Below, one piece after another: positions 50,039-63,859 of a DNA stretch of 64,000 nt. The translations under genes were made by a program, and so were the position numbers. Under the pieces are notes generated by a model that had not been told where the DNA came from, did no database searches, and was given only the letters and a program-made list of their open reading frames with translations. Location of the stretch: positions 98,086,001 to 98,150,000 of the forward strand of contig NW_024704743.1 of the NCBI RefSeq assembly GCF_018977255.1, written 5' to 3'. How positions within the stretch are numbered: position 1 is the stretch's first letter; every line of letters begins with the position of its first letter. The stretch is from Callorhinchus milii. Its lineage: Eukaryota.

Positions 50039-51950
50039 GTACCCCCGAAGTGGGGTGGGCAGGAGTGGGGGAGTAGTCGTTCCTGCCCGTAGCCTTTAGC
50101 AATAGATAGACAATGCAGCATTTCATAATAATTTCTGTAACACATTTCATAACAAATGGAATCTGTTATGAAACATTGCATTTTTCACTCTGAAAAGCAA
50201 AACAAAATCCCTAAACTGCCCTAATTGGTAATTGTGCATGTTAAAAAAGTCAGCTGCAGATCCACTCTGAGACCTGTTCTTAAGTTCATGTCATATCGTC
50301 TGTTCCTTGTCACTAAGCCAATTACGTCATAACAAGCCATTCCGTGTTCCTCTGATAATTATGGTGTAAAAGCTTCCTCTGCATCTCGTGACTGCTACAT
50401 TTGAGATGTTGTATAATGAACAGGAAAGTAGTGCAAGTAAATTATAACAATTTTGAAGCTTTGATATAACAGTCTTTTAATTGCAAATTCTTTGGAACTT
50501 TAAATTGGCATTTTATTTGTGCTTATTTTCTCCCCCTCTGCTCTCTTTCAGCGCTCTGAGGCGCTAACCCAAAGCGTTATATAAATGCAAGTTGTTGTCT
50601 CTCTCTTTCCACAATCTCTCTCATTCTCTTTGCCTCCCCCTCTCTCTCTCTCTCTCTCTCTCTGCCATTCAAGTTCTCTTTCTTTCTCTCTATCTGCCCC
50701 TTCAACCGTGCCTTCAGCCGCCCTCCTACTCCTCTGTCCTCCCTCACCCCAACCCTGGCCCACACGCTCAACAACAACAACTTGGCTTTATATAGCGCTC
50801 TCCATCCCGGACGGCGTCTCAGAGTGCTTCACAGTAACGGATCCCGGAGCCGAGCCAGGGGTAGGAGTCTTGATCCCTGACTGTTCAGCACCTTGAGATG
50901 TCCTCCTGACGTGAAAGGCGCTTTACAAATGTAATTTTGTTGTTGTTTTCTCTCTCACTGACTCTCTCTCTCATTTTATATGTCCATCTGTCTCTCTGAC
51001 CCTCTCTCTGTGTATCTCTCACTCTCTTTCTGCCCTCCCCTAACTCTCACACACATAGACAATAATATTCCCATCATAAATACTGGAGGCAATGCTATTG
51101 GGCAGAGTTAACTAACTCTGCAGAATGCTTGTATTGGTATTTGATTAACCACTTCTGTCACTATGACCTGAATGCAAGTATAATCCCTGACACTGTGTTT
51201 AAAGTAGATTTGATTTAGATGGTCATAGCTCTGCTGAATGTGACTTATGACCTGACAGTATATATAAAATGAAATAGAGGGTTCCATATTTATGATTGAG
51301 AAGTTCAAGTAAATAAGCAAGTACCTTTTTGTTTTCTCTCTTTTGGTAATAGTAGTGTGTCGCCCACAAAATATACAGTCAATTCACTTTACAATATTAT
51401 CTGCAAAGCGCTTTGAGACGTGATACGTTAGCACTATATCAAATGCAAGGATTATTATTATTACTATTATTGTTATAATAGGGTTCACATTATTACTTGT
51501 CCACCTGTAGTAGCCCAGAGCTCTTCAGAGGTTGCCATTTAGGCAACTAAAGAACTCAAAGGAACAGCTTTTGTAAAACATCTAAGCTGGGACATCAATT
51601 TGAGAGGAAACATTGATTCCACTCTCTTTTCCTTACTAGAATTATCACATGGGGGGGTAGGGTCATTCTGGTGGTGTAATGGGTAGGGTTGCGACTTACA
51701 GACCGGGAGTTCACTGGTTCAAATTCTGGTCTGTGCTGACTTTGCTGGCCTTAGTCAGGGGGATTTGGGAACTTGTTGGCCGGGACACCAGGAGAAATCC
51801 CTGCTCTTTTCAAGTAGCACCATTGGATCTTTAACATTCACCTGAATAGGCAAACGTGGCTTCAGTTTAATGTCTCATCTGAAGTAATTAAAACACCTCC
51901 AACCATACAGCACACTCTCAGCACTGCAATGGAGTGTCAGCATTGTTTCA

Positions 51951-52420
51951 GTAGTCCGGTTCCTGAACCAGTTTTCCAGGGCACTGCTGATGACAGCACA
52001 GCGAGCCTGGCTCATTAACAGGACCTAGAATGGCAGACCAGTCACTGGGGGCAGGGAGTCATCCCACTCAGCTCTTGTTAACCTGCAAGCCAAAGCAGGT
52101 AAGGTGGACCTAGCAGGACAAGCAGCAGGAAAGCTTACCGGACAACAATATTAATGGTAAGCTATGCGGTTTTAACTGGTTAGACTCCAGCTGTACCCCA
52201 TCCCCAAGCCTTGGCCCTTGCCAACCTTCGCCTAAAACTTTCGGAATTAGGTAAACAGGATGCGTTCCCCCCGGAAGAGAGTATGCATACCATTCCAACA
52301 ATTTATCTCTGGGATTTCCATGTGTAGATGGGATGTATGGCGATCACAGTTTGGTTTGGATACTCCTGAGCATAGTGATGGTCTTCTGCATGTGTCAGAC
52401 ACCCGGCTGACCAAAAAAAA
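51951..52420 (+). mobile_element. Unclassified repeat, long copy, inserted in an older minus-strand SINE
   Basis: Matches 3492-3935; ends gtcagacacccggctgaccaaaaaaaa; SINE body at 51770-51945 and head at 52421-52480. Confidence 0.75.
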
Positions 52421-52909
52421 GAGTTTGAACCCACAGCCTTCTGACTCAGAGGCGAGAGTGTTACTAACTGAGCCAGGCTGAAATCTAAACTCTGGTGTAT
52501 AACATAAATAATAGACCGTTGCATTGCATCTATATTCTGAGACGTTGTTCATCTTTTAAGGTTGTATATGTCATTGAGAGGTTCATACATCTACTTGATG
52601 CATGAAAAATGGGGATTTCAGTTATTTGTCAAAAGAATGTGTCAACTTTTGCAGCAGTTACCATTAGCATCACATCATCCCAACACATATATCCGCATTA
52701 AACATTTCTTTGGTTACCTAAAATAGCTGAGCTCTTGTCTATAATTAATTGGAACATTCCGTAACCAAAGCATAGAGGTAACAGTGTTTTCTGTAGTGTG
52801 AAAAACATTAACAGCTATTCTTAACCAGAGCAGCTATTAATATTCCTCACAGCTACAGTAAATGCAGTTTGTTACAATATCACAAAAATAACATTGCTAT
52901 AGGGGGCAC

Positions 52910-53197
52910 TTTCCTCTCCTTCCCTCCGTCTCCCACGCTCCATCCCTCCGTCCCTTTTTCCCTCCCTCTATCTCCCCTTCCTCCCTCTGCCTCTCTCTCT
53001 CTATCCCTCTCTCTGTCCCACGATCTCTCCAATCCCTCTGCCCCACCCTCCCTTTTTCCCTCCCTCTGTCTCTCCTTCCCTTCTCTCTCTCTCTGTTCCT
53101 TTCCCCTTTCTTCCCTCTCTCTCCTCCCCTCTCTCCCTCCATCCCTCTCCCCATCCCTCCCTCTCTCTGTCACTCGATCTCTCCCTCCCTCCCTCCC
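52910..53197 (+). repeat. Polypyrimidine (CT/CCCT-rich) low-complexity tract
   Basis: ~290 bp almost entirely C/T. Confidence 0.9.
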
Positions 53198-53639
53198 ACA
53201 GCTTCATGTTATAATATGATTTGAATTTGAGAAAACTGCTGATTAAGTCTTGCTTTCAGATTCTGGAGAATGACAAATGAGGATTCTAAACTGAAATGGC
53301 ATTTGCCTCTCTTTCTTTTGTTCCAACTTGTCAAATTATGTCGATTTATTCGCTTTCTCAGCCTGCAGAAAGATGGCCTTGCATAATCTGGAAGTAACTT
53401 TTTTACATTTTACATTCATGAGACACCTTCACATCTTGGGCGAGATTTCCACTGTGCCGTTAAGTGGTGTGACTTTCATGATGTGTGCTTAAAACAGGAA
53501 AATCTCATTATTAGCTCCTTGTTAGTGTTGGTATACATATGTCTGTTTGGTTCCGTTGGGTAACCTCTGGGACAGAAGATTTTTGGTTCATGTCCACAGT
53601 CGAGGCTTGAGCTCATAGCCAAGACTGACACTCCAATGA

Positions 53640-54043
53640 AAATAAATAATAATTGATGTGCCTATAATGTCTAAAAAGCTAGCTGCTCTCAGGTGAATTG
53701 ACAGCAATGATAAGCAAACTTGGCAGCAAATTTGCACATAGCGATATTCCACAAACAGCACTCAAAGTTTCTTGCTCCATAACGTGGAAGATGGGAGATT
53801 ATTGTCCAGGACACTTTTCAAATAGAGTAAAGGATTTTTAATGTCCATCTAAACAGGCAGACAAGACCTTGGTTTAAACATCTTGACTAAAAGACCACAC
53901 CTCTGTCAATGCAGGGCCCTCCCCAGCATTGCATGTGACTGTCATTCTAGATCGCGATCGCAAGCTCAGAGTCCTGACATGAGGTTTGATCCCATGCTCT
54001 GCTGACCCTCAAATGAAAATGCATCCAGTTGAGCAAAGCCGAC
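53640..54043 (-). mobile_element. Older Deu-type SINE, decayed
   Basis: ccacaaacagc, gtccatctaaacaggcagac, reversed head. Confidence 0.65.
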
Positions 54044-54894
54044 ACGTACTATAGTACTGCACTGTCAGGTGTACTGTTAGATGAAATGTTAAACCGAGAT
54101 CTAACCTGCCTCAGACCCTCAGCTGGCCATGAATGATCACTGAAACAACTCAAAAAGAAGATGCAGTTTCTCTGAGAATCCTGGTCAACCACCATGCAGA
54201 TAAATTGGGTTTTTCAGTTATGGGGTAAGAAATACCATGATTGTTTTGACGGCATTGTTTGTCTCCAAGAACGCCACTGTTTTACAGTGTTTTTTAAATA
54301 TGATATGGTGCTATAAAAATACAAGTTCTTCTTTCTAAAAGCAAGTGGCATTTTCATCTCCTCTCAGGTACATTGCTTGGATTCAGTAATACCTGTCTTG
54401 GTCCTCCATTCTTTTTCTTCTTCTAAAAAAAATGAAATAAATAAATTATTTGGTCACTCAATTCACTGTTTGTGGGTCACTGCTGTGTGCAGTTGGCTGC
54501 CACGTTTCGCCCACAAAATACACAATCTACTTTACAGTATATTCTGTGAAGCCTTTTGAGATGTCTGAATGATGTGATAAGGCGCTATACCAAATGCAAG
54601 GATTATTATCATTATTATAACTAGTAGTTGATATTGATGTTCAGGAAAAGTGTCTAATGCGCTGTCACTGGAACTATAAGTAAAAAATTATATAGACTGA
54701 AGGAAACAGATGTTGGACAAAACCAACATTCTGTCTGGTAGAAAAAAATCCCTGTATATTACTAAATTATGGTTGTAGATCTTTACTCCCCAACTCCAAT
54801 TTTTCAAAGTTGCCAGAATTAAACATCAAAACATAACAGCGCTTCATTATTCCAAATCATTCCTGTGTCTCAGATAGAGAGCATAATTAATTAA

Positions 54895-55412
54895 TAATTA
54901 TTCAGCCACTTTAATTCTCCTTCTCACTCTGACCTCTCCGTCCATGGCCTCCTACGCTGTTCGAACGAAACATATCGCAAGCTTGAAGAAGAACAACACT
55001 TCATCTATCTCCTAGGCACCTTCCAGCCCTCTGGCCTCAACGTTGATTTTAACTACTTCAGACCATAAACACAGCTCCCATCTTCTCTTAGTCTTGCCTC
55101 CACCTCCCCCTCTTCTATAACTATTCACGCATCCTCTGGGTGTTAGACGCATCTTTTCTTTCTATAATACCCCACTATTGCCTTCTTTTGTCTTGCATCA
55201 TCAACACTTCTGATCTCCTCATCTTCTGTCCTCCACCTAAATGTTTCCTTTGTTTTCTTTCCTGGTTGGTTTTCTTCTCTGCTTGTCCTTGCTCATTTCA
55301 ACATCCCCCACTTCTGACGAAAGGTCATATACCTGAAACTTTAACTCAATTTCCTCTCTTCATAGATGCTGCTTGATATGTTGCATGTTCCCAGCGACTT
55401 CTGTTTTTATTT
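54895..55412 (+). mobile_element. Penelope-like element 3' fragment (GIY-YIG domain C-terminus plus terminal repeat), 13-bp TSD
   Basis: 54901-55066 reads FSHFNSPSHSDLSVHGLLRCSNETYRKLEEEQHFIYLLGTFQPSGLNVDFNYFRP*; hammerhead-like core 55314-55338; cataattaattaa at 54882-54894 and 55413-55425. Confidence 0.88.
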
Positions 55413-55542
55413 CATAATTAATTAACGAGTCTGAATTGGATCGGCATTATGAAGAGATAAAAAAAGGATGTAAAATGCCGTCTGTGATGGGCTGATTCTC
55501 AGCAGTGATAATAATCGTCATAATAATATTAATAATCCTTGC

Positions 55543-55808
55543 AAAAATAGAAGTCTCAGCAGACTAGGCAGCATCTATGGAGAAAGGAAAGTGAGTCAAC
55601 ATTTCGGGTCCAAGTCAGAACTGGGGCATGTTGGGAGCGAGAATCTTTTAAGGGCTAACAGTGAGTGTGGGGGCAGGGCAAGGAAGACAAAGGAGAAAAT
55701 AGGGTAGAGGGCTGGGGATAATGGGTTAAAGAGATGTTAATAATGCAAAACAAAGGGGAGGGATTGCAACAAAACGGGGAAAAAGAGGTGTTAATGATGC
55801 AAAACAAG
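55543..55808 (-). mobile_element. Penelope-like terminal repeat fragment (same subfamily as 24166)
   Basis: ggcagcatctatggagaaaggaaagtgagtcaac...ttttaagggctaacag. Confidence 0.8.
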
Positions 55809-56733
55809 CCCCCTCCACTCCCTTAAATGCTTAACTTATTGTGAAATGGAGTGATGGTATATTAGTAGGCAAACGCAGCAGCACAATTACTCACATCAAT
55901 GTCCCACAAACAGCCATTGAGTGAGTAACCAATTTTTTAGGGGGGATTGTTGGCCAAACACTGGGATTTCTCCCACTGTCCCTGCTCTTTTCGAATAGTA
56001 CCTTGGGATCTTTAACATCCACATGAACAGGGAGATGGGACCTCAGTTTAACATCTCAACCAAAGGATGGCACCTCTTGACAATCCAACACCTCCCCGGC
56101 ATTACATTGGAGTGTGATCTTAGACGATGTGAGTTCAAGTCCCATTGTGGGCTCAGTGGTAGCACGCTCACCACTGAGTCAGAAGTTTCTGGGTTCAAAT
56201 CTTGATGTGGATTTGAACCCACAACCTTCTGACTCAGAGGCGAGAATGAGCCAGGCTGACATGATCATTATCACATTGTGGGACTTTCAGCTCCTGGAGA
56301 CATCCCAGTCGAGAACTGTCTAGAGGGAACACTGCCACCCCCTCCCCCAACTCCACCCCCCAGCCCCCCTCCGCTTCTCCAATTGTTAAAGTGGTGTTCC
56401 CCAAAGCCAGTTTTTCGGCATTTCAGTGCTGAACACTGGTTGAACACTGGTTGAACCCAACTTTCCACCGGCAGTGATAACAATAGCAATTTGATATAGC
56501 GCCTTATAACGTCATTGAGAAGTCTCAAAGTGCTTCACAGAATATATTGTAAAGGAGATTGGCTGTATATTTTGTGGGTGAAACAAATGATCACATCACA
56601 TAACAAATCACATTCCACCCCAGAACATTTAGAATGGTGGGATAAAGCTGTGCTTCACATGCAAGCTGTGTGTTCAGTTTCCTATTCAAAACAATGTCTT
56701 CCGGTCTGTGGATGCATGAGCCTAATCATTAGT

Positions 56734-57042
56734 GGAGTCCTGTAGCTCAGTAGTTAGAGCACTTGCCTTGCAAGCGAGACACCTGGGTTCAATTCCAGGC
56801 AGGGCGAAACCTTGGGCAAGTTTCCTTACTCCACACGCCTAATAATAATCCCTCCAAAACAAAACAATAATAAATTGGTCATTTTCAATCCACGACTGTT
56901 TATGGGACACTGCTGTGTGCAATTGGCTGCCGCGTTTCGTCCACAAATATACAGTCAATTCACTTTACAGTCTATTCTGTGAAGCGTTTTGAGACGTCGA
57001 GAAGATGTGAAAAGTGCTATATCAAAAGCAAAGATTATTATT
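56734..57042 (+). mobile_element. Young full-length SINE, short subfamily
   Basis: Close match to 33911-34238, with a different tail loop. Confidence 0.92.
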
Positions 57043-58096
57043 TAGCAGTTGTTTTTATCCAGGTCTTTCAAAAGTCTCACCCCAGATCATTTTCAAATCA
57101 GATTATTTCCTTTTTTTTATTAATTAAAAGTATTGTTGGAGCAGTTCAATGCACATATATGTTGAATGCTACTCAAAATGAAATTGTACTGTTTAAAATC
57201 ATTCAAATATCTGCTGCAGTTTATTTCCTTTTCATACTGTCACAACCTACACAGCCTCTAGTCATGGACAGTGAGCCGCTAATCCTGGTTCATCAATCTG
57301 AGAATGGAACTTGTCAGTCCTGGAATAAGCTGCTCATCCTGATGGAATGCCTCTTCTCAATGGTCCGTCTCAGCCCATCCTCACATGTAATACTTAGCAA
57401 ATTGAACTTTCATTCTGCTCCCAGGCTTTAAACCCTAACTTGAACGATCAATTCATCCTCGAGAGTCTATGCTACTGGGCTCCTCCACATTTTCAATTTT
57501 CAATCTCGTTCTGTTCATGTGTTTTGTAACACTGCATGGCTGAATACCATGCATTGGTTGAAGGTTTGAAAATGCACTGTTCCAGACTATTAAACTCTGC
57601 CAGTTGTTCGGTGTCGATGATCCCTCCCACACCACACGGTGGCACCACAAACAGCAAAACCACCGGCCTCACACTTTGCATACATACATAGGCTGCACTC
57701 CAATAGATAGCTTCATGTGTCATTCTTTAAACCGTCTATTTTAATTCAGTAAACAATGCATCACAATATTCAATTACAGTACAGAACAGATATAACAAGA
57801 AATCAATCCCAAACATCAATAGATGCAGATTTTCAATTTATTTCTCCCATGTGTCTTTTTCATGTGTAAAGTGGACATTTTGGTAACAGTATTTTGAAGA
57901 TTTTTTTTACGCTGGTGATGATGACCAATCTATTTGCAGGCAAGAAACAGCAACCAATACAGTGTTTGACTATTACAAGAGATTTATTGTTATGACAAGG
58001 CACTATAAAAATGCAAGTTTGGAATACAACATCTGCAACCACTTTACAGTAAAATCCTATGAAACTCTTTGAGATGTCCTCCTGACGTGAAAAGCA

Positions 58097-59450
58097 TAAC
58101 AACAACAACAAAATTACATTTGTATCGCGCCTTTCACGTCCGGAGGATGTCCCAAGCTGTTGGTTTTGATCCCAAGCTGGGGTTGGGATTGGGGAGGGTG
58201 GAGGACAGGGGGGGAAGCAGGATGATTGAAAGCACGGTCGAAGAGGAGGGTCTTGAGATGGGTCTTGAAGGAGTCAAGGGAGGGGGCGAGGTGGAGGGAC
58301 TGTGGAATGGAGTTCCACTGGGTGGGGGCAGAGTGGCAGAAGGCCGGGTGAGGCGGGGGATGTGAAGCAGGATGGAGTCCGCTTAGCGGAGTGAGTGGGC
58401 AGGATGGTAGGAGGTTAGGAGATCGCAGAGATAGGTATGAGTAAGATCATGGAGGGCTTTGAAGGTGAGGACCAGGATCTTGAACTGTATCCTCTGTGTG
58501 ATGCAAACCCAGTGGAGTCGGGCAATAATGGGGGTGATAGGGTCATGGATCCTGGTGCGGGAAAGGACACAGACTGCAGAGTTCTGGATGATCTGCAGCC
58601 CATGGAGGGAGGAGTTGGGGAGGCTGACAAGCAGGGAGTTTGCATAGTCAAGCCTTGATGTAATGAGTGCATGTATGAAGGTTTCAGCGGTCTGGAGGTG
58701 TGAGACAGTGGCGGAGCTGGGCAATGTTGCAGAAGTGGGGGAAGATAGAGCGGGTCATGGCATGGATGTGGGGTAGAAAAGAAAGGATAGTTGAGGGTCA
58801 AACAAGAGGCCAAAGTTCTGGACTGGCTTAGCAAGTTGGACTGTGCATCCTTGGATGGTGATGCTGTCAGCAATTGAGGTGTGGAGGCGCTGATGGGAGC
58901 CAATAAGGAGAGCCTCGGTCTTGTTGACATTGAACTGAAGAAAGTTAGCTGTCATCCAGGACTTGATGTCTGACAGTGGTCCTGGAGTCAAGGGTGGGCG
59001 CAGAGAAGTACAATTGGGTGTCATTCGCATACATGTGGAAGTTGACCCCATATCTGCAGGTGATGTCACCAAGAGGGAGCATATAGATATTGATGAGGAG
59101 GGGACCAAGGACAGAGCCCTGAAGAACGCCACACGAGATGGTGCGTGGGCTAGAGGAGAAACCATTTGTGGAGATGAAGTGGAGGGGGTGTGAAAGGTAT
59201 AAGGTATAATCTGAAGGATAGAGTAGCGAGGGTTGAGGTGAGAGGAGAGGTGGTGGATGAGGATAAAGTGGTCAGCGGTGTCGAAAGCAGCACAGAGGTC
59301 AAGGAGGACAAGGAGGCAGAGGGAGCCCTGGTTGCTGATCGCCAGAATGTCATTTGTCACTTTGACCAGCACTGTTTTTGTGCTGTTAGTGGCACGGAAA
59401 CCCAATTCGAAGGGTTCGTGAAGGGAGTGGCAGGAGAGGAAGGAGCGAAG
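58097..59450 (-). mobile_element. L2 LINE, decayed RT and 3' end
   Basis: LLVLLDLCAAFDTADH, AETFIHALITSRLDYANSLL, LHWV; (CAA)n tail at left. Confidence 0.92.
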
Positions 59451-59570
59451 CATAATATCAAATGGAAGGATTTAAGCTCTTTCTATCTTTCTTATACCAC
59501 CTGTTGGGAATGAAACATTTTTGAATTACTTAAGACAGTGAATCTCAAATAATCATCATGTAAGCAACAA

Positions 59571-59699
59571 AAGGCAAATTACTGCAGATGCTGGGAATCT
59601 GGTATAAACACAGAAGTTGCTGGGAACATGCAGCAGGTCAGGCAGCAACCATGGAGAGAGGAAAATAAGTTAATGTTTCAGGTCTGTGACCTTTCGTCA
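59571..59699 (-). mobile_element. Penelope-like terminal fragment
   Basis: Reverse complement of the 19158 type; flanked by an imperfect direct repeat catcatgtaagcaacaa / catgatgcaagcaataa. Confidence 0.75.
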
Positions 59700-59876
59700 C
59701 ATGATGCAAGCAATAATGAGTCTCAGTCTTTCCCTTCCCCTGTTGAACGTCAGGGCTTGAATCTTGATTTAAATGAATGCAATGAAGCTGTCCCTCGCCA
59801 GGAGGCTGTTATTCATGAGGAAATTAGGAAATGTCACAATGGTACAGCTGGGATGTCTCGTCTGCCATTATGGCTG

Positions 59877-60290
59877 AGATCACAAGATCATAAGATCACA
59901 AGAGTGGTCTGGATAAACAACTATTGGCCCATCTGATCTCATCCCTCCAGAACACCCATCCTAATGTTCCCCCTACACAAGCTGCTTTTTAAATGAGTCT
60001 AGTGTTCTGGCTTCTCCATCTTTCTTGGCAACCTGTTCCAGCTGTTGATTACCCTCTGTGTAAAGAAAAACGTCCTGGTATCAGTACTGAAATTGACCTT
60101 TACAACTGGGAAGGCCAGTTATAATTTAGCTCCCCAGCCCAGTAAATTCACTATTGATCAGCATTTGAACCAGTGCAATATTCAATGTGTGGTCAAAACA
60201 ATGCACAGTCTGGGGATCAAAACTTAACTGATTTTGCTATATAGCCCAGCATCTTTTTTACTTGTTTATTGGTTTTGACATAATAAGCGA
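59877..60290 (-). mobile_element. CR1-type 3' fragment
   Basis: Tail agatcacaagatcataagatcacaaga; aagctgctttttaaatgagtctagtgt identical to the 27462 copy. Confidence 0.7.
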
Positions 60291-62149
60291 CAAGTCGACT
60301 AACACCCCTATACCGCCCACAAAAATACAGTCAATTCATTTTACAGTATATTCTGTGAAGCGCTTTGAGAGCTCTTGAAGCCGTAATAAAGCGTTATATC
60401 AAATGCAACGATTGACCCTTGAAAAGTTCAATGCCATTCATGGAGTATTTGTGTTTCCTATTTTTGGAAAGGAGCTATACAAATGTAATCTTGTTGTTGT
60501 TGTTGTTAATACCTTGCATTTTTCAGCATTAAATTTTACTTACTGGTTGTTAGTCCATGTGCAAAACCTATCAAGCTCTCCACTTTGACCTACCTCCCCT
60601 AATAAAGACCCTCTGCTTCCTTCCTTTCAGTCAATTCTGAATCCATTTCCATGTCTTGCCCTTGATACCCAGTGACATTGCTGAGGCTCTGTAAATCCAT
60701 CATTCCCTAATCCTCTCCTTCACCAGGTTCTGCAAATCCATCAAAACCACCCTTATTCAACTCCACCGACTTTCTATCCCCTAAAATGCTCCACCCTACC
60801 TCAGAAATCTCTTGTGGCCCTATTCTCACAGCCACTCACTCCACTCTGCTAACTCTGGTCTGCTTCATCAACCCTCTCCACTGCTCTTTCCACCTCATCA
60901 TCAGCAGTTGAGCTTTCAGACACAAATCCCCATGCCTGCACACATCTATCCCCACCACCCCCAGCCTCCCTGTCAGCTTCCAAAATCAGTCTTAAAATCT
61001 TTTTTGACTGCATTTTCAGCCACCTCCTCTACCTCTCTTGCCTTTCTCTCACCTTGGCCTTCCGGTCAGTCTTTCCAAAGCACATTTAGACATTCTCCCT
61101 ACTTACAAGACACAATTTAAGTGTAAATTCTTGCTTCATGGTGAACTGGAGACATAAAGTGGGAACATATTCAATTTCCCCAGCACTAATATCCTTCATT
61201 TTGCTGAACACCTGAGCCCAAACCATCACAACAGTGACTCATCACAAATGTTCTTGCTTCCGCCATTGGTAGGAAAAAGACCTTTTGGCCTAATTTCCAA
61301 TGTGGTGCTGCAGTTGGCAGCATATTGTACTAGGCGGCAACATTACCCTGAGTAAGATCATAATTTCAATCTGGCAGCAAGGATGAATAAGAACAGCCCT
61401 GGCACTACTTTCTGGATAGGTTGCCTTTAATACAGATAGTAGGAACTATTGATACCATCTAAAAGTGCCACTCATTCATTTATCTTTAATTTCTGTTGCT
61501 AGCATTGTTAGGAATGTGATTAATAAGCAATTGATCTTATTTTGACTGGTCACCTGCTGCCACCAGATTAGGATTTGAGTCCCATAGGACAGGACTGGAA
61601 ATATCCATCCTATCCCTCACTGTGAAAGATGAAGACATGTTTCTCCCCCAATGCCTCACTTAATGAACATCTGTACAGTGGTGAAATTATTACTATCAGT
61701 CTTGGCTAGAAGACTGCAATGGACTAGAGTCCACAACAAAAATTAAAATGGTTCTGAATATAAAACTCAAGTACAGCTTGTACCCAAATCAGTTTACAAG
61801 CCTTGACTATAGCCAACAAACACCATAAACCTACCCACAAAAAATACTCCATCATCTGACCGCTACAATATGGCTAGAACCCATGCCCTCCAAGACCAAC
61901 TGACCCACACTATGCAACAACCACAAGCCATCCAAGGTAACTATGAAAAAGTTCCCTTGAGGCATGAATGTCAACATTCAAATGAAGAATCAGGCAGATT
62001 ACAATTTTTGGAGGACTGTAGTTGACAGATATTGGATTGACCTAATTGACTAAATTGGTAGCATTCTTTCATTAGTAGAAAATAATAATCCTTGATTTGA
62101 TAAACGCCTATAACACCAAAATGTCTCAAGCATTTTGCAGTAATTACTA

Positions 62150-62580
62150 TTAATAATAATCCTTACATTTGACATAGTGCCTTTCAAATGAGGCAGATGT
62201 CTCAAAATGCTTCACAGATTTCATTGTAAAGTGTGGTAGCTGCATATTTTGTAGGTGAACATGGCAGCTAATTTGGACACATCCGTGTCCCACAAACAAT
62301 CATGATGTAAATAACTAATTTTATTTGGGAGATTGTTGGCCAGGACACTGGGAGAAACTCCATTCCCTTTTTGATAAGTGCCATGGGAATTTTAACATCC
62401 ATCTGGACAGACAGATGGGACCTCGATTTAATGTCTCATCTGAAGGACAGCACCTGGAACAATTCAGCACACCCCGAGCCTTGCAGTAATGTGGCATTTT
62501 GGACCATGCAAATTCAAGGACCCAATATGGAGCTTGAAGCCACAACCCTCTGACCCACAGAGGCGAGAATGCTACCAACA
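62150..62580 (-). mobile_element. Older Deu-type SINE
   Basis: Same layout as 45852-46290. Confidence 0.8.
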
Positions 62581-63632
62581 ATTTAAAAGTTCATTTTCTG
62601 TCTAGAAGAATACAAATTTGCCCTCTTACGCAAGCAAATCTTGAAAAACTGATATGAAATACAAAAAGCATACAATCTGATATATGGCATTTAGAAAAGA
62701 ATATTGTTCTCCTCCAGGTTAAAACAAAATAGCGTAGTTTGGCTCTTGAGTGGAGCAAAGGGGTGTCAAAAATGTTGGGATTCTAAAAATAGTTTATGAA
62801 TGGTTTAGGAACCCCAACATTTTTGCCCTAGTATTTGCACTCACTCAAAATTAGTGAAAGGTGCTCCATAATGACATGCCACTTTAAATCATAGTCCTGA
62901 CGTGTTGGATGTGAGTCCAGTGCTCTGGCACCAGAGTTTAATGGTTCATATTTCAAGAGTATTTTCTGCTGGCTCAAGCCACATTGATCGAATTCAATCA
63001 GTGGACAAGAAATGAATAACGTTCCATTCACTGGAGCTATAATCCTTCAAACTAATGAATGGCAACAGACACTTAAAAGAAAAATTAAAGAAAATTTCTT
63101 GCATCCCAGTATTAGCTGTTGGCAAATATAAATTAGTTATTAGTACACTCTGCGCTAATAAAATAGAATTTGTCTGCATTTGACACGTCTCTGTTTTGTT
63201 ATTTACATTGCCATTCTTGAAAATGCTACAAGGGATTCACAATAAATCTATGCGAGGAGTTCAGGTTAATTTTCTCTTTCTTGAGGCAGACTTGTTCTGT
63301 TCCCCATCCCATGGATATATATAGATTGTTTAGCATAATTTATGAGGCTGATCCCATTCTAAAATTCAAATTTGAGAAATAAATCACGCAATTAAATGAA
63401 AATGCTGTGTCTCTGAAGCATAAGGCCCTATTGGACTGAATAACAAACACTGCCAAAGGAAAGGAACTGAACTAAAGTGAATGAAAGCTGATTTACATGT
63501 ATAACACCAGAGGCAATGAATATCTTTCCAATTCAGGAGAATAGCAAATCTAAGTTTTGTTCCTCATGGGCTATTTATGTTAGTATAGTGCTTTAATCCC
63601 CTTCACCTTATATTATGCTTTAATCTTGGAGG

Positions 63633-63859
63633 GGAGTCCTCTAGCTCAGTGGTTAGAGCACTAGCCTCACAAGCGAGAGACCTGGGTTCGATTTCCGGCC
63701 GGGCAAGTTTCCTTACTCCGCACCCCTGATAAAAAAAATAAGTTGGTCACTTCAACCCACGACTGTTTGTGGGACACTGCTGTGCACAATTGGCATTTTG
63801 AGACGTCTAGAAGACATGAAAAGCACTATATCAAATTCAAGAATTATTATTATTATTAT
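63633..63859 (+). mobile_element. Young-type SINE with internal deletions
   Basis: ggagtcctctagctcagtggttagagc head; core; tail and (TTA)n. Confidence 0.88.

Noticed and set aside
52869..53219. Several overlapping S/L/P- or E/R/G-rich ORFs (also 14631-15183 and 50548-50896)
   Set aside because: Stop-free only because of low-complexity CT/C-rich sequence.
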